A stretch of DNA of 64,000 nt from Phoronis australis. Lineage: Eukaryota > Animalia > Phoronida. Position numbers and translations under genes: made by a program. The DNA lies in contig NMRA01000517.1 in the NCBI GenBank assembly GCA_002633005.1, positions 180,289 through 244,288 on the forward strand, given 5' to 3'. The notes below the pieces were generated by a model. That model searched no databases. It had not been told where the DNA came from and saw nothing but the letters and a program-made list of their open reading frames with translations. Shown one piece after another: positions 38,641 to 51,983 of this stretch; within the stretch, counting starts at the first letter, position 1; each line of letters opens with the position of its first letter.

Positions 38641-40584
38641 GTGAGAGAAAACACATAATTGGATTAGGAAGTGGGGCATAAGGACTACCAAATAAAATTA
38701 ATACTATTAATTTCGCTGCAATCATCACGTGACAGGGGAGATGAATCCGGAGGCATTCTTTTATAATCTTGAAAGTGGGTGTCACTCAAGTGCTTCTACA
38801 AGCCAGTTGTGAACATTGCAAAACATGTATGAACAAATTTGAGAAATCTCTTTGATGAGCCTTTTCATTTTTGTTCTAAAATGCCCTAATATTGCGTTTT
38901 CTACGCCTTTTAAACGATTTTTTGTGACTTCATTACATTTAAAATGTTTTCTAGAAGAAACAATTAATGAGAATCAACATATTGCTGCCTGACGTATCCA
39001 TGTTACCATTTCACCCATTAAAGTCCTAGAAGCACACGGTTTTAACCCTTATTAAACGGTTAGAAGACATTATAAGCAACCACGCAGTACTTATCCCATA
39101 ACCAATACACAGTCCGTAGTCAAAGAAAGTTTAAATAAACGCGTCACTCACGATTCCGACCCGAAGATCACACCGCCATTTTGAACTATCCGCGTTACCG
39201 GAAGTACGATTCATTCAGGAACCCAGGCTTAGTATACGCCGTCTGTGCGACTGGAGCAGTGTCTGTTACCAGCCTGCAAACGGGGATAAAATAATCGACA
39301 GAGGACCTCAACTTTAATAAAACCAAAATAGCGACAATTTGTTCTGAAAATGTTGACAAAATGTGGCAAAATAAATTTTGACAGAAAGTATTTTGCGTGG
39401 CTCGGACCTGCAGCCGATGACCCGGTGCAGACCGATCTAGACCACTCGCCCTGACAAAAGACGAAGGCATGCCGTCCCCGGCTGTTTTATCAGAATAAAT
39501 GGCTCAAATCATGAATGTCGTATAAATACAAAGACAGTTTCCGACACTTTTATAAAATTACGGACTCGTAACAGTCCTGCGCCAACGATTGAATGACAAC
39601 CGGGGCCGACTATGGCTCGTGAGGCTAGGTTAAGCGTGTTTTACTGGGTTTAATTAACTCTGGTAAACAAACAGTATAAACAGAACAACGAACATGCAAC
39701 ATCAAATTATTGAATAAAATTGATATACAGTTAGGGTATCCTGACAGTTAAACGCGACTTAATTCGCTACGACGAATCTGACGAATACCATTTGGTAGAA
39801 AACTTGACATGGTGCCAAAGTGCTAAAATATAAGTATTAATAAGTTTAAAGTAAAAGGAATAATTCCCACTTAGCCAGAAACATTCGTATACCCTGCTAG
39901 CCAGCGGAGCCGGACCGACAGGCCTGCCGTTCGCCGGCGGACATCTGTGGTTCGCAAGGCGCCGGCATTCAGCTCATTGACTAAAATTCAATACACTCCC
40001 CCTGCTCCGGATTGTGACGCGTAATTTTTAGCTATTTTGCACACACCAGCAACCAAGAAGCAGTTTTGTACAAATTTCTGGTGTTTGTGCCATAACTATT
40101 ATAAATATTATATTTATTTCTATGTGAAGTGCCACTACAATTCGCATTGCACTCTGCTAAAAATAGTTGAAATTGTTTTGAGATCGTTTTTTGTTTGAAA
40201 GTAAACTTTTCTTCAAGATATGATTATGCGTCACAATAGGACACATATTTTCTAAATTTTGTGCATAAATTGTGCGTTGATTCATGTTTTGTAACAAGTT
40301 ACTTTTTGCTTCAGGATAATATCAACGCAATAAAATGTGAAAAAAATATTACTTGATTTACAGCAATAGGTTACATTTGGATGATGAAGTGTGAAGTTTA
40401 CGCGGATCCTTCAGCCTCATAGTTTCATACTTGTATTATCATGCTTGTCAAATTCTAGGTGAGGAGGAACGCTTTTATGGCACTCAGTCGCCATGTTAAT
40501 GATTATGCATGTCCACTTTCACACTCAACGTTATTTTGGAGAAGCTTGTATTGCTAAAATTCTAAGTTACTTGCATGCATGACA

Positions 40585-40740
40585 TTGCCAGTGAGTGGTT
40601 GATAAACGCAATCATACAATGGTATCGTCGGTGCGTGGTTGATATACACAAACATGCATAATATTGTCGGTGAGTGGTTGATATGCACAAGCATGCATGA
40701 TATCGTCAGTGAGTGGTTGATATACACAAGCATGCTTGAC
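40585..40740. repeat. Minisatellite, 39-bp unit, ~4 copies
   Basis: gtgagtggttgatatacacaagcatgcatgatatcgtca. Confidence 0.85.
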
Positions 40741-41324
40741 AACATTGACCCAAATTGTTACAATTTTGGAGTTGTGACATTTTCAGCCTGCAAAGTGCAT
40801 ATTGCCGTCATCTCTGGCGTCTGGCGTCTGCTGCTGTATCTCGCAAACCCCTTGCAGGATCTTAATGAGATTTGTAATATTTGTTTCTATGCAGCTGAGG
40901 ACAGACCAGTCCGAATATTGTTGTTTCTCCTAGTGCCACTTTTTGCCTGTATCTTCGAAATTCCTTTATAGACTTTCATTTCGGACGGATTGGACATATT
41001 CTGCTCAACCCAGCGAGATTAATTTAGAGACTTATAGGTGATTACCAACATTTCAGTACTCCACCGCCAGGGTGCGTGAGCAGCCTCAATTTGATTTATA
41101 GATCTTGTATTCGCCAAAATGCATAAAATTCAGTACAATCCAACTCAAAGTGCCACAAAAAGACCCAAGGTCTTTTCACTCTAACTTATATATAACATTT
41201 TCCATTCTTTTGTGTGAAACCCAGATGATTGTTTTTTGTAGTGTATGATGCTCATTTGTTTGTAGAAATACCCATTTCTCAGTTTTTTGTGGTCAATACA
41301 TTACATTTTTAATTCTGCACTCGA

Positions 41325-41826
41325 GTACATTATAGTTTGCACTTGGTGACGTCAGTGTTAAGCACATTATGGCTTGCACTTGGTAAGCTCAGAGATAAGT
41401 ACAGTATAGTTTGCACTTGGTAACCTCAGTGTTTAGTACATTATGGTTTGCACTTTGTAACCTCAGAGTTAAGTACATAATGGTTTGCACTTGGAAACCT
41501 CAGAAATAACTACATTATGGTTTGCACTAAGTAACCTCTGAGATAAGTACATTATGGTTTGCACTTGGTAACCTCAGAGTTAAATACATTATGGTTTGCA
41601 CTTGGTAACCTCAGAGTTAAGTTCATTATGATTTGCACTTGGTAACCTCAGAGTTAAATACATTATGGTTTGCACTTGGTAACCTCAAAGTTAAGTACAT
41701 TATGGTTTGCACTTTGTAACCTCAGAGATAAGTACATTATGGTTTGCACTTGGTAACCTCATAGATAAGAACATTATGTTTTGCACTCGGTGACCTCAGA
41801 TTTAAGTACATTAGGGTGTGCAACTG
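41325..41826. repeat. Minisatellite, 37-bp unit, ~13 copies
   Basis: ttatggtttgcacttggtaacctcagagttaagtaca. Confidence 0.95.
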
Positions 41827-43528
41827 GTTGAAGGTGTAAGTTCGAAATATTAAATTTTTACTTGAAATTTCAATTGCAGGGGTCATCAAGTGCGAACTTG
41901 GCCCAGACACGTGATTAAGTAAACCATGATGTATTCGGACACACAACAATGTCACAAAAACGTCATAAATAAAGTATAATTTCGAGTTTGAAGGTCAGAT
42001 TCCGGGCTTAGGAAAACAACAAAACAAAACAAAGCTGAAGATCAAGCTAAGCATAACAACGAATATTATAAAAAATCAATTTAAAACAGGATTTAATTCC
42101 ACCTTGGTCGGACTCCACATTATATTTAATAGTGTATCGTTTCCCCTTGGGTGGTTGGGTAGGTGCAGATTTTCACTGACCAGTGGTGGCCGTTCGAGTC
42201 AACCCATTTGTTAATTTCGTTTGACCGTTCACTCAAGTCGCTGCCACAATTAGCTGTTTCTGAGTCAGTTTCAGACACTACCTGACCGTCTTCCTAACTA
42301 ACTTGCTCACTATTCCGCTTACTCAATAGCTTAATGATTCGTGCACGAGTATTCATAAAAGTTTCGCCGAATCATATATTTTTTATATATACTGTAACCT
42401 TCTTACCCAACATCTGCCAACATGAAATACTCTTGTAGCATATCCCATCCTTCTGCAATCTTCCAGGCCTTTAAACTGTTCCGTACCCTAATTCAATAAC
42501 GATCACTAATCTGTCACGTTGTTGGACCTTATCGAAATGTTTTTACATTTTAGAGCCTATTATCTAAATAGAATAGATTTTAGAAATCAGTAAATGTATA
42601 CATTTTCTTAAAGTAATTAAAAGCCTGCAGAATTTGATTTTTCACTATACATCAATATTCCACGTGATCATGTCTTTTTCATAAAAATTAGCAAAAACGA
42701 AAGGTACATTGTGAATGTACAAAATAACGATATCCATACCTTGACCAAATTTCGCTTGATATTAACCATACAGGTAAAGAGACGGTTACATTTTTTTGTA
42801 AATTGTCAATTCGTTTACTTTTGATTTTTGATTTTTTTCATAAAATCGTAAAATAACTGCTTTTGATAATCCTCTCATGCAAAAGTGGAAAGACTTAAAA
42901 CAATTCCTAAAGTGTTTTGTAGAACAGTGAATAAAAAGCACGGTATGTGAAAGTTTAATCCTGTCAACCATTTTCTGAGATATGACATTCGGATGTTATT
43001 CAAATTTATACATTTTCAAGGATCGTGTATAACGTTAACTATTCTGAAATGTGATGTATATAAGCTCCTCTTGATCACTGGCTTAACCTCACCTGGGTTG
43101 GGTTCATAACCAGCTATTTACTTGTAGAACAAACAAGTGAGGCTAAAATAATAACTTAGGGTGTACTGTCAGTCTACTCCTGAAAAATATCTAAAATAAC
43201 TAATTAAGCACAAACAGATAAATAAATAAATATGAACGTACATAAAAACAAATTTCAAGACAGGCGTATGTACGTAAATGCATTAAGATAACCTCGTAGA
43301 ATTCATTCATTCAGACCTGCAAATATACAAAGAAGTTGTGGTCTGGTACTTGTTGATTACGTCATAATATGGGCACCTTTAGACACAGTCAAACACGATA
43401 GCGATGTTGTGACATAGATTTGAAACTTCAATGCTTCTAACCTCACCAGTTTCTGGGCTTGCCAGTATTTCTTATTCTCTTTGGCGAATTTCTTCAGAAC
43501 AGTTCTGCCACATGGAGTCGTCGCGGAA

Positions 43529-44437
43529 TCATGCCTGGCCTTGGTCAACGTTTACGAGTTCCGGATGGACTCGAGACAGCCGCCAAAAACACAACACCTT
43601 TATGTAACCACTTCTGAACTCTTCACATCGCAACCCATAGATAAAACTGTTAAGGCAAGAGTTGCCGAGTGCAATCCATTTAACTGTGACACGAGTAAGG
43701 CGCGAATGTGGAGCAACAAACCTCGTGACGAAAAACGGAGACCAGCAAACAAAGAAGAGTGACGTCAGTAAAATAAGGGTATTGATGGCTTTCCGTGTGT
43801 TGTGGTCGAGTCCGATGGTCGATGTTCTGATTTTAAAGAATATTTTAATGTAACAGAAGCTGATAAGTAACAGAGGAATTACAAATCCAATGACAAACAC
43901 AACAATAACCCCATTTCCGTCTAATTTGTTTTTACCCAAAAGACAACTGTTTCCTTTCCCAACCTGTAAAGTTATCAGAATAATTAAAATAAATATGGTT
44001 AAAACCAATACTATGCCGAAAATTTTTCTTTTGGTGAAGATGGTGTCGTATCGATGACTTAGGCACACTTTGATGTAACGGTTTACGGCAATCAACACCA
44101 TGTCGTAGACGGACATCGAGCAACATAACCAATTTATGACGTGTAGAAGAGCACAGATGGCGGGCTGATCACTGAATAAGGTAGTATTACCCAGCCAAGC
44201 GTTAACCATATACATTGGCATGACCCACACCACGACCAACAGATCAGCAAGAGCAAGAACTATAATAAAAATGTTCCCGGGTTTATTCTTCGCATTCTGC
44301 TGACTCATTATGGCGCTGATTATGAGCACGTTGCCCACAAGTCCCGGAAGTATCAAAAATGGGGGCACATACTTTTCGAACATTATCGACTCCTCAAATG
44401 CAAGTATGTGTTCCCCAGCCGTAAAATTCATTTCCAT
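43529..44437 (-). CDS. Intronless class A (rhodopsin-like) GPCR, melatonin-receptor-like NRY type, 302 aa, nested antisense in XDH/AOX intron 3
   Basis: Seven hydrophobic segments; GN in TM1, LALADL in TM2, IAVNRY at the end of TM3, CWSP in TM6, NSCLNSFIYG in TM7, N-terminal NFT sequon. The ORF-track start at 44506 is GTG; the first ATG is at 44437 (caaaATGG). Confidence 0.93.
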   Translation of the reverse strand: MEMNFTAGEHILAFEESIMFEKYVPPFLILPGLVGNVLIISAIMSQQNAKNKPGNIFIIVLALADLLVVVWVMPMYMVNAWLGNTTLFSDQPAICALLHVINWLCCSMSVYDMVLIAVNRYIKVCLSHRYDTIFTKRKIFGIVLVLTIFILIILITLQVGKGNSCLLGKNKLDGNGVIVVFVIGFVIPLLLISFCYIKIFFKIRTSTIGLDHNTRKAINTLILLTSLFFVCWSPFFVTRFVAPHSRLTRVTVKWIALGNSCLNSFIYGLRCEEFRSGYIKVLCFWRLSRVHPELVNVDQGQA

Positions 44438-45180
44438 TTTGCCTTGAAGTACGATTAAATAACATCCGCTGACCACAACTTTCCTATGTATCCAACTGAA
44501 AATCACAACTCATACGAAGATGCTAAGCAAGCCGTAAGTAAAACTCTATTTTCAATTTGATGTCGTCTTTGGAATATATCTGCTTCCCAGCATTTGATAT
44601 CGTCACTAACATGCTGTCTATGTACTTGCACGAGTGTATGACTTGATACAGATACATTATTGACTTTTGTCTCTGGTCTGACGCAATAGGCTTTCATTCG
44701 CGACTTTCGCAACTGATCCGTGACTGATAAGCGAAAGACAATACTGCAATTACGTGTGTCAGTGATCACTTTTCTAATGAGTCGCAGGATGTTTGCAGCT
44801 TATTTACGGGAGTAATTCAGCGGCAAACAACAAAAATAAAATTCGAGAAAAAATCGAAATGACGCTGTTTTTCCAATATAACACAATAACTTCTCTCTCG
44901 TAATTACGACTTCTCGCATAAAGCGTAAATGCCAACTCGGTGTCAACAACACGGAACACCTTGTCAAATTGTACTTCCGACTTGGAAGATTCTTGCACCA
45001 TTAGTTCACAACTGCAGTAATAAATTAAACCCGCATCGTGTATATCGCTGGTCTCTTTCGTGATGTATACGAATTCGATATAGTTGAGGTGGCACCCTTC
45101 ATCAACGGGCTGCTTCATGATGCCCGTAATTTCTATGGGTACCAATGGGTGTTATTGCCTTATAGGACGTCAGGGTCGTT

Positions 45181-45985
45181 ATGCGCCCACATATTTATAT
45201 GCGCGTGCATATTGCCGTCATTTCTGTCTGTCGGGCGTCCGTCGTCCGGCGTCCTGCGTCTGCTAAACCCCTCGCTGCATCTTGATTTGGCTGATGTGTT
45301 CCTTTGAAGCTGGTGATGGATGACGACGAATTTCGGACGGATCCGACTACCGGTGTGCCCCCTAGTGGCAATTTTATTTTTTTACGTTTACCTCTGCATC
45401 TTGAAAGGTCCTTAAGGGATTTGACGCTTTCCTTTTGTTTTCTAATAGATTCGATGTATTTTGTGCCACCTACTGGACATCTTTTACTGTTTCCGAGTCT
45501 GTTTTTGGCGTCCGCCCCTCTGTCAACCAAAGCACTCTAGAGATGATTGTGAAGATTGGCATATATTATCATAGTGTGAAAAGGATGGTTGACGATGATT
45601 TTCCGACGACTGCGACTACTGTGGCATTTCTTAGTGGCAGTTTTGTTTTTGCGTCCATAGTTGTGTCTCCTAAACTCACTACAATATCTTTATTAAATTT
45701 AGCTAGTGTATTTTTATCTAGTGACAACGGACGACGACGACTTTCAGACGGATCTGATAAACGTCGTGCATCGTAGTGGCAAGTCCATTGTCCCGGTTTT
45801 CCTTTGTTTCTCTGAAGTTCCTTGACGGATTTTTGTGAAATTTGGTAAATAGCATTTTATTAAAGAAACGGTGACATGTCGTATTTTTCTCATCTGGTGC
45901 CCATTTCTAGCCTTAAACATCCCTAGAAGCAAACCCTTTGCGCTTCATTCGTGGGCGCATTTCAACGCTCCGCCTTGCTCTTGTT
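45181..45985 (+). mobile_element. DINE/HINE-like (Helentron-associated) non-autonomous element
   Basis: Subterminal IR ATGCGCCCAC (45181-45190) / GTGGGCGCAT (45951-45960); GTCC-type microsatellite head; internal long repeats with core gacgacgactttcggacggatccgactacc...cctagtggcaa; ends ctcttgttt. Confidence 0.65.
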
Positions 45986-46772
45986 TGAAAGGTTCTATTA
46001 GAGTTGACTCATGTTTTTGGAGGAGAATGCATCGTAGAGATTACTTTTTTCTCGAGACCCTAAATTCGTATGACATTTCGATCCATGCCACAAATTTAAA
46101 CCATGAGGTCTTTGTGCAATGACTTTGTGGAATATTGTTGGACCTGATGCTTATTCAAGCAGTAGTGACCCACGTGTCGCTGCTGGATACTATATGGAAA
46201 CGGTAGAAGGAACACTAGGCAGTCTAATTAAAATGAAGGGTGGCATGGCAATTGCAGCTTTAAGAAAAGTCACGCCTGAGCAAAAAGTGGGTTAAGTGGT
46301 CAATAATTAGCTTTATTTTAATCAGAACAGACTGTATGATCAAGTAAATGTCATTCCTAGGCCGTCACACGCAACATAAAACTCAAAATACCCAGCCAAT
46401 CTAGTAAGCAACAATATCTAAAGAGGTAAATACAACCGTGGCAAATTCAATCATGACTCATGAAAAGTGCCTGGAATGCTGAATTACATGTTTCCAGTCG
46501 ACAAGTAAAGATTTCTCACTACTAGTGCTTTGCGAATGCATTAGATATGTTCTGAAACATCTTTTTCCCGACGCTACTTGGACGGCTCCGTGTGCTCCAT
46601 TACTGTTATTGGCACATGGTGGACCATCAGAAACGTGGACAAGGGAAGACAGAATATACGTAGCAGGACAAACGAAAGCGCATCAGGAAGTGGTAGAATT
46701 TTTTGGGAGAAGTAGGAGGGGGGGGGGGGGGGGGANAGGTTACCGAATAAACTTTTTATTGTTTATATTCAG

Positions 46773-46881
46773 CCATGCCGCAGTCAACGCCTGCTTGGTG
46801 CCCGTAGCTTCAGTTCACGGATGTGCCGTAACAACTGTTGAAGGGATAGGCAACTCTCGAACGCGACTTCACGATGTTCAG
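46773..46881 (+). CDS. XDH: XDH/AOX coding exon 4 (109 nt)
   Basis: Acceptor tatattcag; [26 protein letters not shown] motif; donor cag|gtaaga. Confidence 0.97.
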
Positions 46882-47005
46882 GTAAGACCTACATGTAACA
46901 AATTAGTCGGCAGGATCTTGTAGGAATTCTTAACTTGTGAATTCCCATAGAAATTCATGAACAACGTTATCTTTTTGAGTAGTTTATGTGCACATTATTT
47001 GGCAG

Positions 47006-47132
47006 GAGCGTCTGGCCAAGTCGCATGGTACACAGTGTGGCTACTGTTCTCCAGGCATGGTGATGTCAATGTACGCTCTCTTACGAAATAACCCGAACCC
47101 TTCCGAACTGGACATCGAAGAAGCAATAGGCG
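47006..47132 (+). CDS. XDH: XDH/AOX coding exon 5 (127 nt), second [2Fe-2S] motif
   Basis: [32 protein letters not shown]; acceptor ttggcag, donor g|gtgagt. Confidence 0.97.
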
Positions 47133-47409
47133 GTGAGTTTTTATTGGAATGTTGCGGTAACGCGGCATTAACCGGCGACGAGAAATCGGGTTTATACACA
47201 TTAGCAACCGCGAGGAGATTCCATCTTTCCGGTTGCGCGTTTATGTCGTACGTCTTCGCTTAAATTCTTTTATACATGTCCTAGGGTCACCCAAATGACT
47301 CTATCATAAATTTGTCTACATTTAATGCCCAACAAGGTCGTTTTGATTCGTCATCCATCTACTGTGCCTAGTGTAACACAGTGTAATGTATCTATAAAGA
47401 CTGTGTTAT

Positions 47410-48130
47410 TACTCTGCGCGTGTAAGCGCAAAGTACTGTTGTTCCTGGGTTTTCTTCAATTTTATTCTTATTCTCTTATTCTTATTCTTCTTCCGACCAA
47501 CTTTGAGGCTTAATAACTCCAAATTGGGTGCAGGTACGGTCTTTAAATGACAGTAAGCAAGTATTCTGATGTGTCAACCGTTAGACAACTGTGATTCTCA
47601 GCGTTAAACACATTTTCCATGGGCTTTGCAATAATTCTCCTAAAGATGCTTAAAATGCACCGGATAAGGTCAATTAGTGCAAAGGTCATGTAACGTTCAA
47701 AATGTTATGTCTCTTACGTTTTTCAAGGAATTCTGGTGTAAGTCAACATGCCAAGTGAATACCCTACTTTACTTCGCAATAGGCCTAACCAATCAGAAAA
47801 AATAGGTCAAAGGTCATTGAGTGCAAACTAAAATTTTGAGCTAGAGACTTCAGAATTACGTATCTGTTTACTAAGTGCGATTGAGTTTGAATTCTAAATT
47901 TTCAGGTCATTTGGTGCACCATGGGGTCATTAGGTACATTTTTCTTCTGAAAGTTTGACCTCTTCATTCATCTTGTATTCTGAAGTGCTTAAAGTAAAAC
48001 ATCTGTGATTATTAGCATTAACCACACTTTTAATCGAGTTAACACTTACTCCCTCATCGGGGCTCACAATGCACCGGAAGAGGTCAATTAGTGGAAAGGT
48101 CATCAAAAAATTAATATGTAATTTCTCCTA
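47410..48130 (+). mobile_element. Second DINE-like element (hairpin head, ATTCTT microsatellite, internal repeats)
   Basis: Hairpin TACTCTGCGC-gtgtaa-GCGCAAAGTA, then (TTATTC)n, then a repeated tgcaccggawraggtcaattagtg..aaggtcat unit at about 47656 and 48070. Confidence 0.5.
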
Positions 48131-50218
48131 CAATTTTAAAGAAATCCTTTTCATATTGGTAGACGGGTTGCTGTCAGTAACTTCCCATAATAATTCCAGT
48201 AATACGCAGAGTCCGTTATTGTCACGCCGTGACAATAATCTTTCTAGTTAGAGTATTTTAGTTATCATAATCATTGACTCAGCTGTTCCTTTATGTTGAT
48301 CTCCTGCAGCAGCAGCGGCGGTGACAACAGCAGCACTCAGATATTTTATATTATCGAACGTTTACTATGGGTTTGGCTTCATGGAAGCCCTATGTTTCTC
48401 CGTTATGCTATGAAGCTGACAGCATTTTATGGTGAAATGGCTTCCTCCATAATGATTTCGACAAATCGATGAATTGCAACTTATTACTTTTCAGAACGAA
48501 GTGCTTTAGATGCTTTTTTGGACAAGTTCTTTATGAGCCCTTGTGGGGACCGCTGGCGCACAAATTAAAAAGTGTAGGAGACAGTGAGAGGTCTTCGCTG
48601 ACTAGAATAACATCCACCACACTACTGCGTCTGTATATAACTAAGAAACACAAATTTTCCAGACCTTTGTCTTCCCCAACTCGACCCAGCAGTTTGCATT
48701 TGTTGCACGAGGCAACACCTCAAGCCATGATAGTTAGATCCATTGTCTTGCGGTACTTGGCAATGCTTTGTGGTTTTATCAGTTTGAAAACCAAGCTGGT
48801 ACAGATCTTCGCCAACAAGTTCTCATTTGTCTTCTCAATTATTTCATTGGTCTTCATTTTCAAAGTTAGTGGCAGAACGACCATTTACGAGTCCCGCGCG
48901 TGCGTGAGTATAGAAAGACCATGGGAGTGGTTTGGGAGTGTGAATTTCAATCTTTCACATGGACTCCAAAAACTGTATTGTGAGGTTAGTTTCCAACTAA
49001 TTTAAAACTTGCATTGATTCGTCTTCCGATTATGTAACTTGGTAAGCTAGCATAGTTCATGGGCGATAGGCGACACAGGGTTTAGAGACCATTTCTGTGA
49101 ACATTTTTTCTGTGATGTTTCCTGGACTCTGTTTCCCCCAGAACCCACGTTGTTCCTTAAGTCGGACGTTCCCATGCCAAGAATTGAACAATGGCACTTA
49201 CCTCATTATCCACCTGCTGCCTGATGGTTTGGTACTTGATCCAATTATGTTGCGTAAACGGCAGAATTTATGAGAAGCAAAATACTGGCAGCATTTTCCA
49301 AAGGTTTTAGTTTTTTCTCGTCCTATTTTCAAAGTTCAAAAACGTAATCACCTGTGCTTTTCACGAACTATTTAAATGTCCATATGAAAACTTTCAAAAC
49401 GAAAAATTAAAAATTTTATTGTTGCCTCAAGTGTTTACAATGGGTTAGATTATCTAGAGGACATTTGTGAAGGATGATCCGTCACATAAGTACTTAGAAA
49501 ATAGAACCAGAGCGTGGAATCTTTCTTGAGCCTTCTTTATGTTTATAGGAATGCGCAGTTCTAGAAAGTGTTTGTTTACTGGTGAAAAGTTCCAGAACAT
49601 TGCAAAACACAAGTATATTACGGTTAGTGTGAGCTCAACTGATGTTAAGTTACAGTTGTGCTGAAGTTTAGAATTAACAATTACAGCATTTGTCAATAGA
49701 GAGCCAACTGTAGAGGCAGGTTGTTGAACCAACGATTGTAACACTTCACAAGTCGAGATTTGAGTAGACTTTTGAACAATAGTGATTAACTCGAAGCAGT
49801 CTTCAGTCTATCGTCGCATCGAAAGCTATAATAAATTACCACCGGTCAGTGACAACCTGCAAAACGTGACAGCAAGCCTGACGATCTCTGGACTCGTGAT
49901 GCGTAGAATAATAGAATCTTATAGCAACGGGTTTTAATGTTACATCTGATTAATATCTCTTTGTCTCTAATGAGACCTCCATGCTTGCGTGATATCAGTC
50001 ACTTTGTAGTAGACAGCTCATTAACACAAAAGGATTAATTCTACATTTCTCGTTACCCTCTCGTTCAATGACACTACACCTCGGATCTAGAGATCACCAA
50101 GACTGATGGTCCATTTAACCTAACGTCACTTTGTGCGTGACATCTTGGCGCCCATTATGAGAAAAAGTCGATATGTGCCAGTATGATAACACTCCCAACA
50201 CTTTTTGGAAAAAAAGCA

Positions 50219-50574
50219 TTGTGTTAGCATGTTTTAGCAAGCACCAAATAACATGTGTTAGCATGTTTGAGCAAGCACCAAATGCCATGTGTTANNNNNN
50301 NNNNNNNNNNNNNNNNNNNNNNNNNNNNNNNNNNNNNNNNNNNNNNNNNNNNNNNNNNNNNNNNNNNNNNNNNNNNNNNNNNNNNNNNNNNNNNNNNNNC
50401 ATGTGTTAGCATGTTTGAGCAAGCACCAAATGACATTTGTTAGCATGTTTGAGCAAGCACCAAATGACATGTGTTAGCATGTTTGAGCAAGCTACAAATG
50501 ACATTTGTTAGCATGTTTGAGCAAGCACCAAATGACATGTGTTAGCATGTTTGAGCAAGCACCAAATGACATGT
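50219..50574. repeat. Minisatellite, 34-bp unit, spanning the N gap (50295-50399); second array at ~52055-52260
   Basis: atgtgttagcatgtttgagcaagcaccaaatgac. Confidence 0.95.
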
Positions 50575-51804
50575 GCTGCTGGTTACGAGTGACTGGCAAT
50601 ACGTAGAATTAAAAGGTTCTCGAATGAAGAAAGCAGTAAGCGTTGGGCATTACGTCACAGATTTAGACATTCTTTTGGTAATGGGAATCTAACATGCCAC
50701 TAACAGATAAAAATGCATCAGCTTCTTTCTCGCGCTCGCTCGTGGTTGCTATGGAAACTAGTGCGTTGGCTGGTCCGACAAACCTGCTATAGTAAACTTA
50801 TGTGTGTCGATATTTCTTATTATAGCGTCAACAAAGAACTTTCTTTATATGGTACGCTCGTTATTACATCTATATCCGCTAACTTCTGTAAAAGTAGTAT
50901 TTCTCCCTTTTGCACTGGCTAAAAACGAAAGTCGAATAAGCCCTTACTCTCATAAAATCGAACTCGTAATCTTCCATGCAGTAACAGAATTCTATATCCG
51001 TTACCAAAACCTGGAAACCATCAGTGACTCAAGAATACGCTTCAGAGTTTGTTGAGGCTGGTAAACCCTAAAATTGCGAATTCAAAAATGACGCATCCCA
51101 TTGCCTATGACTAGAGTTGGGGTATGCCATCATTTTTTTACTGTCAAATGAGATCACTAAGCAGGCAGGTCTTTTGAAAACTTTGGTGCCTCGTTATCTC
51201 GCATGGTAGGACAAATTCAAATGTGAGACCTACAGTCGTGTCCGAGTTAAGATGTTGTCAGGTGGGCCGTATTTGATTTTTGTTGTATTGGCAGGCCATT
51301 TTTCAAAATCAAAATTTTTGATACCTTTGAAAGACGAAAAAACACGACAAACGGGTCCTAATTTTTAATTCAGCTGCTCTCAACATATCACAGAGGTTGT
51401 TTAGAAGTTACTTTTGTGCTTTTTAATAGATTAAATAATAGATTAAATGTGCCCTTATTCATATTTTATGTTATTCAAAATAATCATTAATGGGTGTAGA
51501 TTGACTGTCTAAAATGCATTTTGAAAGAGACATTGTTCAGGTGGTTGTTCTGTGTTCTTGTTGCCAGGTGTGAAAATGGCTTTCAAGGCTTGGGTAAGGT
51601 CCCGTCATGAGCATTTGAGAAGCGCTGAAGGCCGCTAGGGACCAGATTCATAGCCCAGATATAAGACCAGAGTAATAGCCCAGATATAGCACGAGAGTCA
51701 TAGCCCAGATATAGCACCTCAAAGCTGAGGATCAAAACTATTTCAGCAAAAGGGTAGCGTACGTATCTTATGCCACGGGTAACATTTATCATGGTTATGC
51801 TACG

Positions 51805-51983
51805 GAGAGGGGGGAAGCATTGATGACCACCAGAGTCAGAGCGAATAGGCGACGAGCTCAAGGGAGGGGGAAGGCATTGATGACTACCAGGGTCTGATAG
51901 AATAGGCGACGAGCTCAGGAGAGGAGGCTTTGATGACTACCAGGGTCAGAGAGAATAGGTGACGAGCTCAAAGGAGGGGGAGG
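51805..51983. repeat. ~50-55-bp tandem repeat, ~3 copies, ending at an N
   Basis: gcattgatgactaccagggtcagagcgaataggcgacgagctcaagggagggggg. Confidence 0.85.

Noticed and set aside
44438-44506. N-terminal extension of the GPCR given in the ORF track
   Set aside because: It starts at GTG; the ATG at 44437 has a good Kozak context and precedes the N-glycosylation sequon.
46717-46736. G-quadruplex-forming poly-G before exon 4
   Set aside because: The homopolymer ends next to an N, so its length and reality are unreliable.
48469-49005. 178-aa ORF in intron 5
   Set aside because: No recognisable domain or splice support; composition looks random.
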